DNA of 64,000 nt. Origin: Vicugna vicugna. Taxonomy: Eukaryota. A program made the translations under genes and the position numbers. The stretch spans positions 1 through 64,000 of the forward strand of contig MU057640.1 of the NCBI GenBank assembly GCA_013265495.1. The letters run 5' to 3'. Each line of letters opens with the position of its first letter. The stretch's first letter is position 1. The notes under the pieces are model-generated. The model was not told the origin of the DNA and ran no database searches. It saw only the letters and a program-made list of their open reading frames with translations. Positions 39,665 through 52,854 of the stretch are shown in pieces.

Positions 39665-39830
39665 ATTTTTGTTGTTGTTGTTTAATTTGGGGGGATGGAG
39701 GGGAGGTAATTAGGTCTACTTGCTTATTTATTTATTTATTTTTAGAGGAGGTACTGGGGACTGAACCCAGGACTTCATGCATGTTAATCATGCTCTCTAC
39801 CACTTGAGCTATACCCTTCCCCCCACCCCC
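39665..39830 (-). mobile_element. Vic-1-type SINE
   Basis: gaggtaattagg...gaggaggtactggggactgaacccagg...cacttgagctataccc; flanking repeat acttctgt. Confidence 0.85.
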
Positions 39831-42811
39831 AACTTCTGTTCTTTGCCAGAAGATCATCAGAACTGAAGCTCAACATTGTGAGTTAGATATCTACAGGACA
39901 AAAGCAGTTCTGTTATGCCACTTATCTCTTTGAGTCTGCTTTCTTAGATTTTGGTCTGGTTATTCCTTTACCATCTTGTAAGCATTTCAGTGCTTTAGTA
40001 TTTTTTTTTTAAATAAAATTTTATCCATCACTTTTAGTTGTTTTCAGTGAGAAAATTGGATGAATAATTTAGTGGTATTTTATTCCAATTTCTTTGTTTT
40101 TTTTTTTTTCTTTTTCTGATTCCTTCAGATGGGTGCTTAAATCACCAATATTTAACCTTATTTTCTAATATAAATATTTAAAGCTGTACATTTATAAGTG
40201 GCTCATGAGGTTTGAAATTGAATATTTTCATTATTATTAACTATAGTAGGTTAATATTTTTAATTTGCTATTAGGATTTTAAAATATACTTGCCTCTTTT
40301 AAGCGATGACCCCAGATCTACAAGTCAGTTAAGACTTTTGGAATGTGTGGGTTTTAAGAGATTTATTTTGCTGTTATATTTAACTCACCTTAAAAAAAAA
40401 AACCAAGATTTTCAATTTGTATTACAAAGCAAAACTCAACTGTATACTATATACAAGAGATACTCAAGGTGATACAGAGAAGCTAAAAATAAGGCAAATG
40501 GAAACAGAAAGAAAAGGTTGCTCTAGGACCACTCTTCAGTGGCTTTTTCTCCCCTTTCTGATAACAGACTTTAGTTAAATACCCAGTATTCCATATCATT
40601 GAGATGTTGAGGAAGTCTCAAATGGCTGATTTTGTATTCATTTAATGGTAATTTTTTTGTTTTTCTCCTCCTCCCCCTTCTTTTTCTGCTCTTTTTCTTT
40701 CTTCTTTTCCTTTTTCTTCACTCTTTAACGTACCTGAAACTGGGATGTATCTCTCATATTGGGGTGCATCTTAACATTGATGACATTTCACAATTAATGG
40801 ATAATTATTAATTAACAATTAATTTTGACAGCATTTTTACTATGACTCTACATCTTACCCCATCCTCTACTTGAAATGCCCTCTTGTCTCTCTTATCCTA
40901 TGCTTGTATCATTCAGGACCTTAAGGGAGAAAATAACCCTTATTTTCTTATCCTGCGTCCTCTTCTTCCAGCACCCAGCACAATACTTTGTTGGACACAG
41001 GTTTGTATTTAATTAACAATTAAGGGAAGTGTGTAGATATAATGAATCATAGCACAGGCTGTGACACATTTATATTAGTAACCAGGTTTTTAGCTTCTTA
41101 GTGAGAGGAGATTAATACTTATATTAGTTAGATTATTTTGGATTTATGAAGAACAGATCCCATTGCTTCCTACATTAAGCAAGTTAGAGAATTTATTAGA
41201 TGGATGTTTAGTCATCTGATGATGTTCAAGAAAGAGTTTAACCAGTGAAACAAAAAAAGTAATAAATATAAAGCACTGTGAAGGAAATGAAAAGAGTAGT
41301 AACAGTGAAGAATTATAGAGGGTGGTATTTAGAAAGAGAGGAAAAGAAGGCCTCATCAGTAAGGTGGCATTTAGATTGAGACTTGAAGAATGAGTGGGAG
41401 ACAGAAGTTCTTGAAGGGTCTGGAAGAAAAACATTTCAGACAGAGGGAAATAGAAGGCCCAAAGTGGGAAATAGCTTGCAGTTAACTGAAAGTTTAATAG
41501 TTGAGGAGAGCACCACCTCAAGGTAAGAGAGGGAGACGGGGCTTGCTTCAATATGCTAACATCGGCTGTGCTTCTGTGAAGTGCTGGGCACTGTTCCAGG
41601 CACTTCTTGAGCAGTGTGAATTGTTATGCCGTACTGATTCTCTGAATGCTGAGAGTTTGGATTTAATTTGAAGATGCATTGGGAAGCCATGGAACTATTA
41701 CTCAGTGCCGTGGTGCGTTTTTAAAGATTTTTCTGGCTACTTTGTACACAGTTGATCAGAGGGAGACAGTAGAGGATATAGAAATAAACATTAGTTGATG
41801 GCTTATACTAGTCCAGGAAAGAGACAAAACTGTCTTGGACCATGGTCCTCATGGTAGAGATGAAGAGCAGTGGACGGATTTAAGATATATTTACAAGACT
41901 TTTGATGATGGCTTGAATAAAGGGAGAGGATTATGAAGGAAAAGGAGTCAGATCACAGAGGGTTAAAGAATTGAAGAGATGATGTGGATAGATAATTTGT
42001 GAAGTTATTTGTCAGTAAAAGGGAGAGCTGTTTTTAACCTTCTTATTTCTATAATTTTTCCAGTGGTATTTCTGTCTCTTTCTCTTTTAAATTCTGGGAA
42101 CCAAATATATTTTAATTCTAGTCTGCCTCTCTAGATTCCAGCACCTTTTTCTCATCCCACACTTGACAGATGCTTAGAGGAGGAAAGTCAGTTAAAAAGT
42201 AGGCTAGCGTTCTCAGTGATTCTAGCCTTTTTCATCAAGATGTTCCTTGCTAAATCAGTCCTTGCTATATTAGAGCAAAACCATTTTGTTCTATAAGTAA
42301 AGGTTTAATCTTGAAAGAAGATCATCTTAGTGAAGTCAGTCTCTGTATATGTGTGTTGTGGGATTAGGGGTAATGGTCATATGTATTTTTATCTGTTAAG
42401 TCTTAACATGCCTTTTAAAAGATAAAGGTAAGTATAGCTGAATTGCAAATTCAGTTAACCAGTTGTTTTCTCAGTGAAAAGCAGTAATAAACTAAAAGAT
42501 AAAATTATTTGTGTAACTGAAAGAAAAACTCTCAGAAGCGATAGCTTTTTTTTTTTTAATGTTTCTTAAATACATAGAGGTTCAGCTTTTGAAACCACCT
42601 TTGCCTACAATTTTAAGTAGATAGGGTCTTTCCTCATTTTATGAAGCTTTGGTTTTCTGTTATTATCTTTAAGGAGTGAATAAAGAAGCCATGTATTCAA
42701 ACGAAAGAAGGAATTTTGTGGGCAAAATGAGTGGGAAGATGAAAATTAGTACAGCAGAAACCTAAAATCAAAGCCAGTTAATAGATAAGGATCGTGGAAT
42801 ACTGTTTAAGT

Positions 42812-42990
42812 CAGTGGTTCTTCACTTTTTGGTAGTTACAGAATCCTTTGAGATTTCAATGAAAGTTGAAGAATCTGACCTCAGAAAGTGTACAGACACA
42901 TGTGTATTCAGATTTGTACATAATCTTAGGGCATTGCTAGACCTGAAGACCAGGGTACATGATGCCCTGGTCAAGAATATGTGGTCTAAA
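42812..42990 (-). mobile_element. MER103C-like hAT MITE
   Basis: cagtggttcttcactttttgg...cctttgaga...atgaaag...tttgtacataat. Confidence 0.6.
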
Positions 42991-43364
42991 TGGTGATCAG
43001 GGCTGAGGAGTATGTGGCTAGAGAGAGCTTTCACATTCAAACTGTGACAGTGTTCTCTTCTCAAATACTAATCTTCAGGGCAGTCCAGACTCAGTTTGTT
43101 GTTATTGTTTAAATCTTTGGTCTGACAGCTGATAAAATAATTTTTAGCTTTAGCTATTAAAATTTTTTCTTTGAAAGTGCCATAGATGGCAGGGTTTTCT
43201 GAAATAAGGCAATACGATATTCAGGATACCCTAACATGAAGCCTAGTAATAAAGAAAGTTGAAGTGAAATATAAACAAATTTCAAATTTACTGACACCTA
43301 GGATTATACAGGAGCTGAATGAATATTTCCTTTGAGAAAGTAGGTTTGAAAAAACAAGCAAACC

Positions 43365-44488
43365 AGAGAAGCAAGATGGCGGAGTAGAAGGACGCTCATA
43401 GCTCACCCTCTCCCACAAATACACCAAAACTCACATCTATGGACCCACTCAGCCAACCAGAGCACCTGCAGAAATCTGACAGAACACCACCCCCTTTGAA
43501 AGACAAAGATGCCAAAAATCTGGTAGGAGAAAAGGAAAAAAGAAAGAAGAAAAAGCAAAACAGTGTGGGATTGGTCCCGCGGGGAGGGAGAAGCAAACGA
43601 GGACTGGCGCTCATTCACTGGGTTTCCCCCCTCCAACGGAGAGGCCAGCGGGACAGAGGGCGAGCCTCCAAGGCTCAGATCTGCCCCGAGCACCCCTTGA
43701 CCGACAGAACTAAATTAAACGGGCACAAAGGGACCCCACAACACCCAGCCCGAGACACGAGCCGGCATCTGGGGGCTGGGACAGGCTGCCCAAGCCGGGC
43801 GGAGGACTGAGGCAGCTGCACTGAGGCAGCCCCGGGGGACTGCAGGGTGCTGCGCACCGTGGCTGGGAGGGGATATGGAGCAGAACAACCTCAGTCCCCC
43901 ATAAATTGTGAAAAAAGCAAAGCAACATGGCTGGTGTGCCCTGGGGGGAGGGGCACCATAGCCTTTGTCTCCTTAGACCCCGTGCCGCCATTACTGGTGC
44001 TTCTTGCGAGAAGAGAGGCAGGCCCCAGCCACAGCTGCCATCTCCTGCTATGCTCAGCGCCCAGGCGAGGGCAGGACCAAGACCTGAATCTGCACCCAGA
44101 GGCTCTGCAACCTCGTAGGCAGGACTGAGACTTGTTTACAGCCCAAGGCAGATAGGAGCTTTCTGCCCTGGCACCTCAGAGAACTCACGCAGCCAAGACA
44201 AACAAGGAGCTGAGATTTGGCACGGAGCAGGGGTGGAGCTGTTACGCGGTCTTCCCCGAGCCCGCCTACAGCGTGCCAACCCAAGGTGGAGTGGGCAGCT
44301 GCGCAGAGCAGCGGAGCAACCCGCGCTGGGAGAGGGCGGGTGGCCACCTGCCTTCCTGGCAGGAACACAGTACCTGACTGCCATGCTGGGAGGGGGCAAG
44401 ATCCACCCACCTGCCTCGCCCGAGTGTAGAATCTGACTGCGACATCGGGAGGGGGAGTGACCCTCCCGCCCACCAGTGCCAGAGAGAT
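43365..44488 (+). promoter_or_regulatory. L1 5'UTR internal promoter (CpG-rich)
   Basis: The main GC/CpG-rich stretch in the window; YY1-type site CAAGATGGCGG at about 43372. Activity not shown. Confidence 0.7.
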
Positions 44489-45391
44489 ATGAGCAATATG
44501 AAGAAGCAGAGGAACCACTCCCAATTAGAAGAGCAAGAGAAATCCCCTGAAAGAATGATCAAGGAAATAGATGTCAATAGCCTACTAGATCAAGATTTCA
44601 AAACAGGAGTGACCAAAGTACTGAAGAAACTAAAAGAAATAGTGTTTAGAGATATAAAATATGTCAAAAATGAAATAGAAGCTATAAAGAAGAACCAAGT
44701 AGAATTAGTAATCTCATTTGCTGAGATGAGAGCTGACCTAAAGGCTGTACAAAGCAGGCTAGACAATGTAGAGGAACAAATAAGTGACTTAGAAGATAGG
44801 ACAACAGAAAGCACCCAAGCAGAACAGCTGAGAGAAAAACAAATAAAAAACAAGAAAAACAATATAAGGGACCTATGGGATAATATAAAGCGTGCCAATC
44901 TTCTCATAATAGGGGTTCCAGAAGGGGAAGAAAGAACAATGGGGATTGAAAAGGTATTTGAAGAAATCATGACTGAAAACTTCCCAAACTTAAAGAAGGA
45001 AGCAGATATTGAAGTACAAGAGACTCAGAGGGTCCCAAAGAGGAAGAACCCAAACGGACCCACACCAAGACATATCATAATCAAGATGGCCAGAGTCAAG
45101 GATAAAGAAATGATCCTAAAGGCAGCAAGAGAAAAACAGAAAGTGAGTTACAAGGGAACCCCCATAAGGCTCTCAGCTGATTTCTCTACACAAACACTAC
45201 AGGCCAGGAGGGAGTGGCGAGATACATTCAAAGTCCTGAATGAAAAAAAGCTGCAGCCTAGGATACTCTATCCAGCAAGGCTGTCCTTTAGAATAGAAGG
45301 AGAGATAAAGAACTTCACAGACAAGCAAAAACTATAAGAGTTTAGCAACACTAAACCCATGCTAAAAGAAATATTGACAGGTCTGCTCTAA
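44489..45391 (+). pseudogene. LINE-1 ORF1p (coiled coil, RRM, CTD) with a late premature stop
   Basis: 282-aa ORF with L1 ORF1 motifs (NLLIIGVPEGEE, ENFPNL, TPRHIIIK, IRLSADFS, ARREW, YPARLSF). TAA at 45335-45337; the frame continues EFSNTKPMLKEILTGLL to a TAA at 45389-45391. Confidence 0.93.
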
Positions 45392-46234
45392 ATAGAAAAG
45401 AAGCAGTATGCTACAGAAATGAGAAACTCATAACTGGAAAGGTGATAACTACCATGAATTACAAATAGAATAAACACAAAATTGTAAAATAAGACATCTA
45501 AATCATTAAGCGTGGGAGAGGGGAGCAAGGAAATCCACTGTGAAAAACAGTATGGAGATTCCTCAAAAGACTAGGAATAGACTTACCATAAGACCCAGGA
45601 ATCCTGCTCCTGGGCATATATCCAGAAGGAACCCTACTTCAAAATGACACCTGCACCTTAGTGTTCATGGCAGCACTATTTACAATAGCCAAGACATGGA
45701 AACAGCCTAAATGTCCATCAACAGATGACTGGATAAAGAAGATGTGGTATATTTATACAATGGAATGCTATTCAGCCACAAACACTGACAACATAACGCC
45801 ATTTGCAGCAACATGGATGTTCCTGGAGAATGTCATTCTAAGTGAAGTAAGCCAGAAAGAGAAAGAAAAATACCTTATGAGATCACTCATATGTGAAATC
45901 TAAAATAAATAAATAAATAAAAGAACGTAAATACAAGACAGAAACAGTTTCATAGACAAAGAATACAAATTTGTGGTTGCCAAAGGGGCAGGGGGTGGGA
46001 AGGGACAGACTGGGATTTTAAAATGTAGAATAGATAAACAAGATTATACTGTATAGCACAGGGAAATATATACAAGATCTTGTGGTAGCTCACAGCAAAA
46101 AAAAAAAATGTGACAATGAATATATGTATGTTCATGTATAACTGAAAAATTGTGCTCTACACTGGAATTTGACACAACATTGTAAAATGACTATTACTCA
46201 ATAAAAAATGTTAAAAAAAACCCACAAGCAAACC

Positions 46235-46411
46235 TTTATACTGTATAGCACAGTGAAATAAATACAAGATCTTGTAGTGGCTCATGGTGAAAAAGGATAT
46301 GAAAATTAACATATGTATATTCATGTATGACTGAAAAATTGTGCTGTATACCAGAAATTGACACAACATTGTGAACTGATTATAACTCAATAAAAATAAA
46401 CTGAAGGGAAA
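46235..46411 (+). mobile_element. Second, more diverged short LINE-1 3' end
   Basis: tttatactgtatagcacag...actcaataaaaataaa, followed by a third copy of aagcaaacc. Confidence 0.85.
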
Positions 46412-48549
46412 AAAAAAGCAAACCAACCCATTGTTCTCTCTACTTTTCCATGAATCTGTTTGTTAAATAACTTTCTCACAAAACCAACCATGAACTTTTA
46501 AAATGAATTTTACTAGTCCTGTAAATTAAGTACCGGACATATTTATTTCACTGTGGGTGATAAAGCTGTACTTTGTTACCGTTCATTTGGCTCAGTGCCT
46601 AAGTGGAACACTGAGCTCGTGATACAACTTAATAAGTTATAAATTGTTTCCTTTTAGGCAAATTATGCCAGTTAGACCAATATTTAATGAAATCCAGAAT
46701 TCTTAGGATTCATTGGTTGAGTAAGGGATTGACTAGAAGACCTACCCCTAAGTCCTTTGGCCATGCTGAAGTCTGGGATTCCTTACATTTTTCACTTACT
46801 TAACTTATTGATCAAATGAAAAGTTTTTTTCTTCACTCTAAATCTTGAAAGCAAGTTCCACATTTTAAGAAAAGTAGAAATCAAAGAAAAATTAAAAAAT
46901 GAAATACTTTGTGGTGTAATATTCTATTGTAATGATGATTTAATATATGGCATTTTTAGCTTCGGTTTTTAGTGACTGAACAAATCATTATCATCAACAT
47001 CATCATCATCATTATTGTTTTGGCAGATGGACAGTCAGTGCACTTTTTTTTTTTTTTCTTTTGAGTTTCCCTGTAGAATACTGGAATAGAAGTGTGGTGA
47101 AGACTACAGTGAAATTGTATATGCTCACATTTAACCATGTTTGTTCAGAGAATACTAAAACAGAAGTGAGAGTTAAAGAACAATTACATTGAAATTTAGA
47201 TTCTCTCTGCTGTTCTAGTCCATGAGTTTCTGCTGTACAGTGATTTCATGCCTCCCATAGTGTGAGGATGCTATGTGGTGCTAGTGCTAGGTAGATGTTT
47301 TCCTCACAGCATAGCTCCTAAACATAAGCAAGCTACTTCAAATGTGTTCATTTGAAAACACCAGACTGTTCCATATTAGAAACAAAATCCTTGGCTGTGT
47401 TGGATTTATTGCAAGATAGCGTAGTACTGTACTTTGTGGATGATTTGAAGTATTCCCAATATTATTTTGAATTTATGTGATTTTTTGCTTTTAGTCTTGC
47501 TATCTTTGGAACTTAGCCCTGTGAGACTAGAGCCTACTGAAAAAATTATTAAGTTTAGCTAATCTAGGGGAATTTGTGAGTTTACTATTTTTTTTCAGAT
47601 ATTCAGAATGGTACCCATGGTTTTATATTTTAGTTTATGTATTCTTACATTTGAAATGAACTAATACTGTTGTAACAGAGTAATTTTACCATTTTCCCTA
47701 GCTTTGATTTTTTTTTTTTCTCCTTTAGTAAAGGGAAACAATCTTAAGTATCAGGGTCAAGTTTTCCTGAGTGTGTCTTATCTATTTCTTATGTATAGCA
47801 AGTATGTGCTATAGTGTTTGGGGTGTTTTTTTTTCCTCATAGTGAGTTTCTGAAGCTCCTGTCTTGTCCAGTCTTCCTTAAAACTTATATACAAGAGGAG
47901 CCTGAAGTTAGAGGTGTAATTGTGACAAAAGAACAAAGAAAAGCAAATAAACATGATTTAGAACCAAAAACTCTAGAAAGAAAAGTCCCCTTTTCTCTAA
48001 GAGTTGTAGCTCTCTAGTGGCCCTACAAAAGCCCTTAGTTCATTTTAGATTTGGCTGGACAAACTATATTTCAGTAACTTTATTTTTTTATTTTTTTTGG
48101 TAAAAGTGAGACTTATAGCTAAATGTGACTTGTTTCCCTTATGCTTTGTTAGGGGTCTCATAATTATATGTGTGTATATGTTTATATTTCTATACTCCTC
48201 ATCTTTGTCCTCAGTTACAGAAAGAATTTTAGGTGTCTTGCTTTCCACCTAATTAAAATTATAAAATACTTGATGTATACAAAAGAATATATATAATATA
48301 TAGGTTATAGAGCATAAGGAAATGAAAACTTACATATCTTCTACTTAGCTTAAGAATTAGAGCATTACCAAAACTTTTGAAGTCCTCATGTGAACCATTC
48401 CTGATTATGTCCTCCTTTCTTTTCCCTCAGAAGTAATACTGCCCTCAATTATGTTTATCATTCTCTTGTTTTTCTTTTCAGTTTTGCTAATTACATGCAT
48501 ATTTCTAAATGTTATGTTTAGTTTTGCATATTTTTAGGGGTAATATTGG

Positions 48550-49320
48550 GGGACTAAGAGCACAGACTCTAGGGTCAGGCAAATCTGCCACTTTCTAACC
48601 ATGTAATTTGGGCAAATTACTTAACTTCTCAGTACCTGTTTCCTTATCCATGAAATAGAGATTAAAGATAGAATCTACCTTGACATTTCAAATCAGTGAC
48701 CAATGGATGTGTTACTGATTAAATGATATTCAGACATTTGGTTATTAATTTTGTTGTTTTACTTTTTAAAAGCTCTTTATTTATTTACTGGTGTTATTTC
48801 TGCACATGGCATTTCTTTTTTTATCAAAGTATAGTCAGTTACAATGTGTCAATTACTGATGTACAGCATAATGTTTCAGTCATACATACACAGACATGTA
48901 TTCATTTTCATATTCTTTTTCATGGTTCTTAATTTTGAAACATAAACTTTAGAGCCCTGTGTCACAATATATTCACAGTAAAGATAGATTAAATTTTTAA
49001 TGTGAAAGTTAAAACCTAAAGCTTCAAGGTAAAAAATGTATGATATTATTGGTGTAACATCAACATTATTAAAAAGAATAGATGTATATGGAACTTGGAA
49101 AGAAGTTCATGGTATACAAAGTAAAAGAAACCAAGTTGCCAAATAATATTTACAATATATTTATTGTATTTTTAAAATTATGAAATAAGTATCTACATGC
49201 AACAAAAAGGTATAAAAGAAAAAAAAAATAGAATCTACCTGATAGAGCTGTTGTAGAATGAAGTGAGTCATTATATGCAAACTGCACAGTGTTCAGTGCC
49301 TGCTTCACAGGCAATATTCC
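48550..49320 (+). mobile_element. MIR split by a 547-bp poly(A)-tailed insertion
   Basis: MIR halves rejoin across the TSD atagaatctacct (48668-48680; 49228-49240). Confidence 0.8.
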
Positions 49321-49515
49321 CTGGGTGCTATTTGTTGTTAGTATTTGTATAAAGGAATTATCATGGAAACAATTTGCTTCTCTCCTACCTTGATATTATG
49401 ATTGTGAGATTTAACCATGTTGATTATTATAGTTGTAAATAATTTATTTTTAAATTTTCTCTTGATTATTTTTGAGGGTTTTTAAGTTAATTTTTAATTT
49501 CTGCATGGTATTCTA

Positions 49516-49621
49516 CCCATGGTTGTTTTTTTGGAGGGGGGAGGAGGTAATTAGGTTTATTTATTTTTTAGAGGAAGTACTGGGAGTTGAACCCAGGACA
49601 GCACTTTGAGCTATACCCTCC
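49516..49621 (-). mobile_element. Vic-1-type SINE (internally deleted)
   Basis: 16-bp TSD tctgcat(g/a)gtattcta at 49500-49515 and 49622-49637. Confidence 0.82.
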
Positions 49622-50454
49622 TCTGCATAGTATTCTAATATGTGAATACTCTATTTCTCTTTTCTGTTGATGGATAATTAGATTCTAGTATTTGTTATTT
49701 TACTGTTAAAACAAACAACAAACAACGCTATACAGACATTATCTTGCACACCTTCTGGTGCACATGTATAAGAGTTTCTCTATGATATACACCTAGAAAT
49801 GGAATTGTTGTTGATATGTGCGTCTTCAGCTTGCCTAGAAAAATGTTATATTTCAAAGTTACTTTTGAAAATGGTTGCACCAGTTTATGCTCCTATGAGA
49901 GTGCCTGGTGCTCCATATCTTATTGTCTGATACCTATTGTCTGATTTGCTAAACTGATAGATGTAAAATGGTATATTACTGGTGACTTTTAGGGACAGTT
50001 ATTTCTTAAGAACCTGTAAACTTGCATGTGAAACTCTTGTTATAGTACCATTCACAGTGGATACCTAATATTTACTATTTCTTCTTGTTCTTTTTTTGTT
50101 CTTTGCTGGGTAGAGCAAATTACCGTGTGTGTTTATAATTTTTCATACAGTCATATACTTAGGCAATGTTCAAGAAATCTGTTTATCTTGTCAAGCATGA
50201 GGTTAATTACCATGAAAGGTATGATAATCTAGCTGATCTTGTGATTGATATTATAGAAAAGACTTTGTTTGCAACAGTTAAGCAAATACTTTGTTTTAGA
50301 AAACTGTCTTTAATTCCAGCAGTGGAATTTAATATGCCTTTCTCTCGTTTAAATAGTCTAATAAATCTGATTTCAATAGATACTATTATCAGTGAACAGT
50401 GTATTTTCTAGAACTGGTACAGAAACAAGATTCAGGAGCACTTGTACCATTAAC

Positions 50455-51755
50455 TGTTTAGATCCAGTTCCCTATCATCTGCGGGATTCTTTCAGTAGCC
50501 TCCTAGTTGTCTCTTTGCTTCCATTCTTGTTCCGTTCAATCCATTTTTAACCCGGCAGCCAAATGTAAAATATAAATGCATTTTAGAACCCTTTGGTGGC
50601 TCCCCATTTCTCTCAGAGGAAAAATCAAAGCGTTTGACTTAAAGGTCCTATATTACTTGGCCCTGTGTAATCCATCTGGTGTCATCTCTCCTACTCTCTT
50701 ATTTTCATTTTGCACTGGACACACTGACCTCCTTTGTGTTTGTCAGACACTCCAGGCAGGCTCTCCCCTCAGGAGCTTTGCATTGGTAATTTTCTTTTTC
50801 TAACTTCATCTTAGTGCATGGCTCACTTTTTTACCGTCTTCAGTTCTTTGCTCAAGTGTTAATTTCTTAACTTAAATTTTATCCCTAACTCCAGCACTTC
50901 TAATCCCCCTCTTAACCCTATTTATCTTTTTCTGCATAGCATTTACCACCTTCTAACATAATGCAGAGTTGGTAATGTGTGGGTAATGTTTCACAACTAG
51001 TTCTTCAATTGTGGTTCCAACATGAATGATGGTTGATATCTTTGCTTGTTTAATGAATAAGATGAAAGTGAAACAATGAAGATGTGTGTCAAAATTTCAC
51101 TCATTTGTCAATGATGTGAGAGGCTTATTTGCTGAACTGGATAGTAGTTTTTAAGTATGAGAAGAACATTTTCTCGACTTTTTGTGCAATTCATAATGTA
51201 ATGATTATATATACCACACACTTTTAAGTTCAGTGTGCATTGTAACATTTTTTCCATCACTTTCTTAGATCTAGACAATCACAAAACAGCAAATCAAGCA
51301 ATGATTGGTAGTTTTGCCAAATTCCGTAACGTAAATATAAATACTTCTACCGTGGTCGATTTCAAGCCACTGACATGAAGTCACTGAACATGACATTGGG
51401 AAGAGATATACAATAGCCTAGCATTAGATAGTATTTCTACCAAACATACAAAATCATAAATGACCCCAAAAGCATAATAGTGAAATGTAGCAAAAAAAAA
51501 AAAGTAAGTGATGAGTTTTTAGTATTTATTACCTTTGTTTAAAAATAATAATTATAAGTTTATATAATTGAATTTTTAATAAAAGCTATGTTTAACACCT
51601 AGTTTACAAACTTGCTGAAAATTTAACAGTTGGATCTTGTCAACAAGCACACCACTGTGAATAATCTGGCTATTTATTTTCTATCTCCTTCGTAGGGCTT
51701 CCTTCTATATTTGTTTACTAGCATGGTAGACAGTCAATAAATACTTGTTGAATAA
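50455..51755 (+). mobile_element. LINE-2 3' end interrupted by an hAT-Tip100 (Arthur1-like) element at about 50965-51657
   Basis: L2 motifs (agcctcctagttgtctc...ggctccccatttctctcagagga...caataaatacttgttgaataaa); the insert ends agcacaccactg. Confidence 0.7.
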
Positions 51756-52854
51756 ACTTTAATTAAAATATTTGAGGTCTTTTATATGTAATTTAAAATT
51801 CATTTAAACAAATGTACTAGGTGTTAAGACATAAACTTTGTTGAAATGTCAACTTTTTCCTTCATTTTAAAATAGGAAGTATTGTTCATAACAATAGCAT
51901 AAACTTATTTCTCTGAGTTATTGGACCTCAATTATAAATAAAAGCATGTTGCTCTGAAAGGGGTAGAAAGATTTTCAAATTTTTTCCTGTTCTTTACAGT
52001 CAGATCTATTACATGATAAAATTATTATAAAATCAGCTTCTTTATCATACCATGGCATAGTATTTTAGTTCAGAGAGTAGGAAAGTAAAATATTACAAAT
52101 AGAAAATATAGGGTGAAGACAGAGAAAAGTGAGAAAGCTGCAGCATATTTGAAAGGCCTTATCATCATAGAATTATGCAAAGATGTGTTAGGAGACGAGG
52201 CTGGGAAAAGGTTGGGTTCCAGTTCTAGAGGCTCCTGAATGCCAGTCTCAGAAATTAAATTTTGGGAACTTCAACAGTTTTTGAACACATTCAAGGATGA
52301 ATTTTAGGAATATTAATCTGACATCACTATGTTGGAAGGTCAGAGGAAAGAGGGCTTGGAGTCTAAGGGTTGTTGCAGACACTCATGGACGAAGTGGTTT
52401 TCCTATCAGGGCAGTTAGGAATAGGAGAGAATGGCAAAGTGTCAGAGATATTGGTGCCTATTCGCATCAATAGCACCAGTGGATGGACTTGGTATGGAAG
52501 AATTGTGAAAAAATGTCAGAGATGAGCCTTAAACTTTGGTATTGTCACTTTAAAGCATTGATGGATGTAAAGATGTTATGTAGAAATAGGAAAATCAGGA
52601 AGAAGAACTTATTTTAAGATAAATTTGAATTAGAGTTCAAAGTACAAGACTAGACTTGACAAAGAAGTCAGGACTAGATATGAACTCTCTCTGGGAGATA
52701 GAAAAGAATTTATGCTTATAATTAATTGAGTTTTAACCTGTTTTTCTTTTTTAAATCTCTGTTCAGTATATAATGTGAGAATTCAAAGAAGGAAAGATAC
52801 AGTTTGCTGTGAACTTCAAATTTACATATTGATGGGGCATTTTTAGTTTGCTAG

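Larger units (their letters stand above)
43365..46223 (+). mobile_element. Young LINE-1 with full 5'UTR and ORF1, most of ORF2 absent, intact 3' end
   Basis: 5' caagatggcgg motif, GC/CpG-rich 5'UTR, ORF1, spacer, junction at 45534/45535 into the ORF2 C-terminus, AATAAA 46200-46205; TSD acaagcaaacc (43354-43364; 46224-46234). Confidence 0.95.

Noticed and set aside
43396..44577. Cluster of overlapping ORFs, including a 156-aa antisense one (ORF0-like?)
   Set aside because: Expected in a GC-rich, stop-poor L1 5'UTR; the longest starts at TTG and shows no recognisable similarity.
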